From a virus (Duplodnaviria > Heunggongvirae > Uroviricota > Caudoviricetes), in IMG/VR virus record IMGVR_UViG_2667527975_000009, positions 1 through 47,773 of that record: a stretch of DNA of 47,773 nucleotides. The stretch is one strand, 5' to 3'. The translations under genes and the position numbers were made by a program. The notes under the pieces are model-generated. The model was not told the DNA's origin. It saw only the letters and a program-made list of their open reading frames with translations, and did not search any database. Numbering within the stretch: the stretch's first letter is position 1; every line of letters starts with the position of its first letter. Shown piece after piece: positions 41,680-47,773 of the stretch.

Positions 41680-41862
41680 CTGGTAACACGTGTAACGCTA
41701 TTGATTTAAAAGGATTTAATCTGTTACCAGTTAGCAAAATCAAGAGGTAACGCGTGGTAACACACCATTTTTTGTTACCTCTGTTACCAGTCAGTATTTT
41801 TGACTGGTAACACTGAAGAACCGCATCAGTAACGGGTGTTACCTCTGTTACCAGTGTTACCT
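41680..41862. repeat. Iteron array (TGTTACC / GGTAACA, at least 10 copies in both orientations); putative satellite ori
   Basis: Visible directly, for example CTGTTACCAG four times, GGTAACAC and GTGTTACCTC, immediately downstream of the primase gene. Confidence 0.65.
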
Positions 41863-41887
41863 CATAAAAATAAGACTCACGCGATAA

Positions 41888-44575
41888 TCACTCAGGTTCA
41901 GCGCTTCCCAGTACCTGTGTATTGAACTGGTACACACGTTTAAGCCCTATTTCTGGCAGGCGAATGCTGTTTTGCGTCCGGCCATCTTCACCGGGTTTCA
42001 GCCAGCCCGCGTCCACACACAACCTGGCCACCTTACGCGAGTCAAATCCCTTACAGATCTCCTTCCAGCCTGACGGGAGAACGTAGAACGTCACAACCGG
42101 CTCTGTCACGTTGTCTCCTTTATCGACTTTTCTGAATCCCATCATTGAAACAGGCCGGTTCCTGTCGTCATTCCAGTCAGCAAACCGACTGAACTGATTA
42201 CGCGTCATGAAGTCCCGAACCTGTTCAAGTGCCGCTTTATCTTCCTGATTAGCTGTATGGCCCCGGTCAGCCATCCATGCAGCCAGACAGCTTTGAGCGG
42301 CACGAAAGGCCTCTCCCTCCGGCCATCCTGTGATGCCCGCTTTTGTGGCCAGCTCCCCGGCCATCGCAACCAGAGCAAAACGGGTAACAGCCCGGCCAAC
42401 CTGATTCCCGGCATTTTCCGGCGTCAGCCTTCGGGTATACTCTTTCAATAAGGCTTTCGCCTGACTGGTCAGTTCCGGCAGATCAGCGGTCAGGCAATAC
42501 AGCCAGTCGCGGAATGGTGCACCATGATAATGCGCTACGTGCTGCTCAAGATGCTCAGCCAGGGTTTTCCCGCTACTGAAGCCATGAAGTTCTTCAAACA
42601 CGCCATACTTGCCCGAATCGCTTGGGATCTGGATCATTCTGACCTCAACCCCGGCATACGTACGTTCCCCGGCGCTTGCCGCATGCTCTACCAGTGACAG
42701 TTCCCCGGTAGACAGAAACAACAGATTCCAGCGGTTGGTTTCCCTTACCGAACCATCTGTTCTGGCTCTGGCTTTGCCCTGCCCGTTAGCCAGCATATAA
42801 GCGATATTTCCCGCCTCCCTGCCGTCAACCTCCCGGATTTCATCCAGCATCAGCGTGGCATCATTGCGGCGGCTCGCCGTTCCTTCTAAGGCATTCCCCG
42901 TCGCCCGCCACGTATGCCAGAAATCTGTTCCACCACATACTGATGCAGCCACTTTCATCGTCGTGGTTTTACCGTCTGTGGATTCCCCTTTGAGGTGATA
43001 ACCTCCACCGCCGATACCAACCAGTTTCAGAAGGGGGGCAGCAAATGCCAGACTCACCGCAAAGGCAAGACGGGCATTCTTTATGCAATAACGGCCTATA
43101 TTTTCACGCCAGCCCTCTGATGTGCCGCTGACACGAAAATCACGCCCCTGCACACTCGATGTTTGTAAGATGACTGACTGGGCTTCGCGCCCTATCACTT
43201 CATCCTGGAGAACGTAAACCCCGCCGTGCCAGCCAGTTTTATTCACACAGGTTACTTTTCTGTCCGGTTTACACAGCGAGATATATTCCATCAGGAATGC
43301 TCTGGCCATGCCGTTAATGTTGATGTAAGAAAGCCCGTTAACCAGCAGAACGCGGCGCAGTTCTTCCCCGCTACCGCCCAGCATCTCCATCGGCATTGCC
43401 CATTTACGGCTGTTTCCGTTGGTATCTTCCCATTCCAGCAAACGCCCGTAATTACTTCCATCAGCATCACTGGTGATTGCCGTCACCCGCAACGGACTGC
43501 AAATTTTGATATTACGTATCTCTGTATCACCATCAGACTTATTAACCAGCTTGTCGTACCACAAATATTCTTTTGTCAGCCGGAACCCTTCTGGTAAACG
43601 GGTCTGCCCTTTGCCATGCAGCGTCATTTCTTCACGAAAGGCATCTCTCGCCCGTTCTTTCCCCACTTCCTGCCGATAATCATCCCAGTCAGCCTTATGG
43701 CGTACCGGAGGGAGCGTTACCCAGCCATCCACCGCTTTGGCGGCTTTCTCTGCCTGAATACGCCCGGTGTTTTCTTTGCCGTCAGCCAGATCATTATCTC
43801 CGGCCAGAATGATCCGGGTTTCCGGCCAGCGTTTTCGGATCTGCTCCGTCACCTTCAGTAAATTGGTGGCAGCGACAGCCGCCACGATCCATCCTTCAGT
43901 CAGCAGACTGACGGTAAGCGCCGTGGCAAAACCCTCAGTGATAATCACCTGTTCAGGTGTTTCAGCGGGTATATCGGTCAGGGCAATGAATGCGCCAGAC
44001 AGCTGGCTACCGGGCAGCAGACTTTTATCCCCGTCAGGATTGATAAGCTGGCCACCAGTAATATTCCCGGAAATATCCGTCAAAGGCAGCAGTAATGAAC
44101 CGGTGGAAAATGTTATTCCGGCCAGATTCAAAGGCTGTGACAGCAAGGGAAGTGAATACCCGTGTAAGCTCTTATTTGTCAGATAGACCGGCTCACCATT
44201 GCAGGACTGCTGTCTGAGTCTGGTATATCGCTCCGCGCCCGCTTCTTTTCCTGCGGCCTTTTTCCTGGCTGGCAATGCGGGCTTCTCCTGTATTTCTGGT
44301 AATGCAAGCGCCTCAGATACCATCCCGGCGACTTCTTTTATCTTTCTTCCTGTCACCAGACGAACCAGATCAAGACCATCGCCATGACCGCACTGATTAC
44401 AAAACCACGTCCCTCGCCCCGCTTTATCGTCCAGTCGAAAACGATCTTTTCCACCACAGGCAGGGCAAGCCCCATGATGTCCTGCGGACGGTACTTTAAT
44501 ACCTAATGCTGACAGGATATAAGGCCAGCGCCCAATTGCAGCTCCGGAAATCGTGGATACAGACGGTGTTTTCAC
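41888..44575 (-). CDS. Primase-helicase (P4 alpha-like)
   Basis: 895 aa with an N-terminal Zn-ribbon (CPACGGKDRF...CNQCGHGDG), a TOPRIM-like region (IITEGFATAL...AGDNDLADG) and Walker A motif GESTDGKTT. Confidence 0.9.
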   Translation of the reverse strand: MKTPSVSTISGAAIGRWPYILSALGIKVPSAGHHGACPACGGKDRFRLDDKAGRGTWFCNQCGHGDGLDLVRLVTGRKIKEVAGMVSEALALPEIQEKPALPARKKAAGKEAGAERYTRLRQQSCNGEPVYLTNKSLHGYSLPLLSQPLNLAGITFSTGSLLLPLTDISGNITGGQLINPDGDKSLLPGSQLSGAFIALTDIPAETPEQVIITEGFATALTVSLLTEGWIVAAVAATNLLKVTEQIRKRWPETRIILAGDNDLADGKENTGRIQAEKAAKAVDGWVTLPPVRHKADWDDYRQEVGKERARDAFREEMTLHGKGQTRLPEGFRLTKEYLWYDKLVNKSDGDTEIRNIKICSPLRVTAITSDADGSNYGRLLEWEDTNGNSRKWAMPMEMLGGSGEELRRVLLVNGLSYININGMARAFLMEYISLCKPDRKVTCVNKTGWHGGVYVLQDEVIGREAQSVILQTSSVQGRDFRVSGTSEGWRENIGRYCIKNARLAFAVSLAFAAPLLKLVGIGGGGYHLKGESTDGKTTTMKVAASVCGGTDFWHTWRATGNALEGTASRRNDATLMLDEIREVDGREAGNIAYMLANGQGKARARTDGSVRETNRWNLLFLSTGELSLVEHAASAGERTYAGVEVRMIQIPSDSGKYGVFEELHGFSSGKTLAEHLEQHVAHYHGAPFRDWLYCLTADLPELTSQAKALLKEYTRRLTPENAGNQVGRAVTRFALVAMAGELATKAGITGWPEGEAFRAAQSCLAAWMADRGHTANQEDKAALEQVRDFMTRNQFSRFADWNDDRNRPVSMMGFRKVDKGDNVTEPVVTFYVLPSGWKEICKGFDSRKVARLCVDAGWLKPGEDGRTQNSIRLPEIGLKRVYQFNTQVLGSAEPE

Positions 44576-44982
44576 AGCAGCACCTCCTGACCTTCCGGCT
44601 TCACAAATTCAAAACCTTCGGGTAGTTCGCCATCAGGTGCTCCGAAAATAATATCCCGGTAAACCTCACGCATCTCTGTGACACCAAAAACTGACAGGCG
44701 AATATTTTCTGACATAAAGCCTGGTTTAAGCATTTTTTCCAGTTTCTCTGCGGCCAGTATGCAACCAGCATCAGCCCCAAACTCATTCACCCACGGCATT
44801 TCAATATGGTAAATAATATTACTCACCACTTTTTCGTGGGAGAGTTCTATTCGTTCGCCATCTTCAATATAAACAGGTTCATTATGAACACGCACCATTA
44901 AGGAAATGAATGCATCAGCAATGTAGTAGCGTAAGACTGCTGTTCGTAAAGCATGCGCCTTTAAATTTTGATTATTATTCAT
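44572..44982 (-). CDS. Hypothetical protein (primase operon)
   Basis: 136-aa ORF overlapping the primase start by 4 nt. Confidence 0.55.
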   Translation of the reverse strand: MNNNQNLKAHALRTAVLRYYIADAFISLMVRVHNEPVYIEDGERIELSHEKVVSNIIYHIEMPWVNEFGADAGCILAAEKLEKMLKPGFMSENIRLSVFGVTEMREVYRDIIFGAPDGELPEGFEFVKPEGQEVLL

Positions 44983-45211
44983 CGCGCATCACTCCCTTAA
45001 TTGTGCTGGTTTCCTTAACAACGCCATCCAGTTGTTCGGCAATACAGGCCACTAAAGCCGCAGCGCCTTCCGCTGAAACAGTTCTCGCTCCATTCACTGT
45101 GGGCACGGACAAGACCTCTGCAAGAAACTCACTGGCCAGTGCCGCCCGTAACAGACGACTCTCCCCCTGTTCACTCAATATGCAGCCTTGCTTAAAATTC
45201 ATGGATTTCAT
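44975..45211 (-). CDS. Hypothetical protein (primase operon)
   Basis: 78-aa ORF, coupled. Confidence 0.5.
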   Translation of the reverse strand: MKSMNFKQGCILSEQGESRLLRAALASEFLAEVLSVPTVNGARTVSAEGAAALVACIAEQLDGVVKETSTIKGVMRDE

Positions 45212-45411
45212 GCAACCACCTCCCCGGCTCTTTTCACAGGGATACGGGCAGCAAAGCTCAGGATAAATTCAGTGGCAAGTTTAAGGCGTGCAGCATGCTC
45301 GCATTCTGCGATTACACGCACAGGGCGTGGACGGGCATCACGGTCTGTACGGCGGACAGCCAGAAAGACAAAGGTAAATTCAGGGTGAGATAAAGCAGGG
45401 ACTGTAGCCAT
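45208..45411 (-). CDS. Hypothetical protein (first gene of the primase operon)
   Basis: About 67 aa from MATVPALSHPEF with GAAGGAGG 8 nt upstream; the longer 196-aa ORF upstream is low-complexity. Confidence 0.45.
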   Translation of the reverse strand: MATVPALSHPEFTFVFLAVRRTDRDARPRPVRVIAECEHAARLKLATEFILSFAARIPVKRAGEVVA

Positions 45412-45630
45412 AATGGCAACCTCCTTCAGATAGCGGGTAACGCTACCACCGGAGTTCCTACGCTCATGGGTGGTAGCCCAGACGGGGGTAGGAATACCGG
45501 CTCTGAAGGATACCGGCCAGCCCGAAAGCTGCCCCGCCTGGACTACCATAATTCTGATGATGTGGCGTAAAAAATAAAAAAATACAATCAGCCACCACAC
45601 CATAAATTTTAGGTGAGTCAAAGCTGCGAC

Positions 45631-45655
45631 ACAAAAAAACACGCCTAGCGCGTGT
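45631..45655 (-). terminator. Intrinsic terminator or attenuator in the leader upstream of the primase operon
   Basis: On the minus strand, ACACGC-GCTAG-GCGTGT followed by UUUUUU. Confidence 0.6.
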
Positions 45656-45848
45656 AGTATCGCCTTCAGATAACACGGGTTCCTACGCCCGGCTGCCGAT
45701 TTTGCGGCAACCTTTAAACTATATCCCGCGCATTCCTGGTGAGGCAAGAAATTTATAACCGAAAACTGATCATTGCCTGGATTAATTAACGCTGGCATGC
45801 TTAAGCCTCTGCTTAAAAATAGTTCTTCATTTTTCCTGATGCTGTAAA

Positions 45849-45875
45849 CGAGACCCGCCTCTGAGCGGGTCTTTC
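45849..45875 (-). terminator. Hairpin after the 334-aa gene
   Basis: GACCCGC-TCAGA-GCGGGTC followed by a weakly T-rich tail. Confidence 0.4.
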
Positions 45876-45885
45876 TGTCGCTAAG

Positions 45886-46890
45886 TCAATCCGCAAACGT
45901 CAGGGTGCACTCATCAACAGCCGCGTACAGTTCAGGTTCACCGAGTGCATAACCTTCATTGCGCAGGTAGGAATGCACGTATTCACTGCTTTCATCATCA
46001 AACTCAGCACGAAACCAGCGTGTTATCGCCTGAGTGTAAATATGCAGATTATCCAGCGTCGTTACTGCCAGACGCTTACCCGGCATAAACGGGGGAATAA
46101 ACGCAAAGCGGCCAGCAACAGAACTTGTAGCCATCTGTGCCGCATTCACATCAGACGGGCGGTCTGCGGCATTAAATAACTTCAGGCGTTGATGTGCTGC
46201 CAGCTCTGCCCCAACCAGTACAACCAGACGAGGATCTTCACGAAACTGCTCAGCAATAAGCTCTGTAATCAGATGGTTGGCCAGAGCATCAATATTTTTC
46301 CAGGTGCCAGTCTCTCCCAGAGTGACAGGCTCAGAGATGATTTGCTTTCCGTTCCCGTAGGCTTTCGCCAGTGCATGCCAGCCAATATTGACATCCTCGC
46401 CTTTTTTATTGATTTCCGGGTTTGTAGTATTTGCAATCGACACACCGTTGAAACCGACCCGCAGCATGTCCAGCGCATATGCCTGGGCAAAAAAGCTCTC
46501 AACCGTTTTCTCAAACTCATCCGGCACGCCGGTATGGTAAATATGAGACATATCGGAATAGCTGATCCGGGCGCAGGTATCCGTCTCTGTCAGAAAGAAC
46601 TCCGTACCATTGATTGCCATTTTTTTGTGGAAACGGCCACCATCCACACGTCCGGTATACAGTTCACTGGCACCAATATTGACGGCATTACCTGACACGG
46701 CGTTAACATCACGTAGGGTAATATTTTTAATAAGCCACCCGGATTCCAGAATTGAGGTACGCAGTATATTTTCAGTAGGTTCGCTTAATGCAAAGCGTCT
46801 GTTTGATTCTTCCTGATAGTTAGTGCCAGTGACGAATTTATTATGATAACGACGTGCTGCGTCCGGCCTTTCAGTTTTGAAGGCATACAT
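45886..46890 (-). CDS. Putative P2-family major-capsid-like protein (uncertain)
   Basis: 334 aa; the segments GFNGV..., EDPRLVVLVGAELAA and TLDNLHIYT resemble P2 GpN as I recall it. Not verified. Confidence 0.35.
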   Translation of the reverse strand: MYAFKTERPDAARRYHNKFVTGTNYQEESNRRFALSEPTENILRTSILESGWLIKNITLRDVNAVSGNAVNIGASELYTGRVDGGRFHKKMAINGTEFFLTETDTCARISYSDMSHIYHTGVPDEFEKTVESFFAQAYALDMLRVGFNGVSIANTTNPEINKKGEDVNIGWHALAKAYGNGKQIISEPVTLGETGTWKNIDALANHLITELIAEQFREDPRLVVLVGAELAAHQRLKLFNAADRPSDVNAAQMATSSVAGRFAFIPPFMPGKRLAVTTLDNLHIYTQAITRWFRAEFDDESSEYVHSYLRNEGYALGEPELYAAVDECTLTFAD

Positions 46891-46912
46891 AGTTTTTCAC
46901 CTTTTTAAGTAT

Positions 46913-47773
46913 TTAAGAAAAGATTTTATTTTTGTACTCAGTAACCAGATTGTATTTCATTACATGCTCAACATAATCCCGGTCACTTACGACTGAACGT
47001 AATACATAATTATCTGCTCGATAGTACTCCCTGTAAGCCATAGCTCTTGCCATTCCACCGTTATTTAATACATAACGATCAGTTGGAACGCTACAACGAC
47101 TAATAATTTCACTCACGGAATCAGATAAAGACTTGAGTGCATCAGTAATAAATTTAATATCACGGACAACGTCACTGTCATTAAATACAGAAATAAAATC
47201 AGCAGGGATCTGGCCGGATTGAGGAAATATATTCAGTAAACGCTTATCGATTCCCTTCCCAATGTAGTTTCCTTCATCGGCCAGTACTCCCGGCAAAAGC
47301 TTGATCGTGCTCAATCGACTATGTTGTTCATTCAACCGGGAAACAGCCAGATGGTAATACCGTTCAGCATCCGCTCGTTCAGCATGCCCCATTTTATTCG
47401 TTTTGGCTTCAGCAATGCTACTGACGCCGTTTTTTGAGAATGTGCTTTTCCATGCAACTTCCGCATTTGTCACTTCACGCTGCCGGAAAGATAACTCTTC
47501 CTCTTCCTGACGACACAACTGGGCATAACGGCTCAGGAGCAGGTTGATCTCATTCGCCACAGTTTCCGTATCAGGTACTGTTAACCCCGTAAGTGAATAC
47601 AGCTTTTCACCTTTAGCTCGCAGCTTATTCAGTGAATATATTTCAATAATACGCACAATACAGGCCGTGTCGCTATGAGTCTCTTTAAATGATCTTACTT
47701 TGTAACTATCTAACACCGACACATGTTCGTTCTTAATTGATGCCAATTTCTTCTTAAAAACATTGTCAACCAT
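46913..47773 (-). CDS. Hypothetical protein
   Basis: 286-aa ORF whose ATG sits at the window edge; coiled-coil-like central region. Confidence 0.5.
   Translation of the reverse strand: MVDNVFKKKLASIKNEHVSVLDSYKVRSFKETHSDTACIVRIIEIYSLNKLRAKGEKLYSLTGLTVPDTETVANEINLLLSRYAQLCRQEEEELSFRQREVTNAEVAWKSTFSKNGVSSIAEAKTNKMGHAERADAERYYHLAVSRLNEQHSRLSTIKLLPGVLADEGNYIGKGIDKRLLNIFPQSGQIPADFISVFNDSDVVRDIKFITDALKSLSDSVSEIISRCSVPTDRYVLNNGGMARAMAYREYYRADNYVLRSVVSDRDYVEHVMKYNLVTEYKNKIFS

Noticed and set aside
45208-45798. 196-aa ORF spanning the primase-operon leader
   Set aside because: The N-terminal two-thirds is low-complexity and contains terminator and repeat sequences; only the C-terminal ~67 aa with a good ribosome-binding site looks coding.

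Overview
The window appears to hold two integrase-bounded mobile elements in tandem. (1) 1..~37150 is a complete, mosaic lambdoid prophage with a P22/HK620-type short-tailed virion module. It has an IntS/P4-type integrase at the left edge, a convergent tailspike, an orphan Mnt repressor, two lipoprotein morons, P22-like ejection, needle, coat, scaffold, portal and terminase genes, and a KilA-N gene. Its lysis and late-control cassette (S, R, Rz/Rz1, pR'-qut-tR', Q) and its N/nutL and nin genes match lambda by my recall of the lambda sequences. It also carries a DnaB-type helicase, an O-like initiator with internal iterons, a cII-cro-OR-cI immunity region, and an early-left operon with a Rad52-like annealase, SSB, a DnaQ-like exonuclease and an Abc2-like gene. 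(2) ~37159..47773 is a P4-like satellite or island: a tRNA T-arm-like att core, an AlpA/Vis-like gene, a second P4-type integrase, an AT-rich two-gene cargo operon, an Ogr/Delta zinc-finger gene, a GGTAAC iteron array, an alpha-type primase-helicase, small leader ORFs behind an intrinsic terminator, and two upstream proteins, one of which may be P2-capsid-like. The strongest candidate for an undescribed system is the AT-rich two-gene cargo operon (38798..40651) sitting next to the satellite integrase, where P4-like elements are known to carry anti-phage defence cargo. All homology statements come from reading the translations and recalling known phage proteins; no database search was run.
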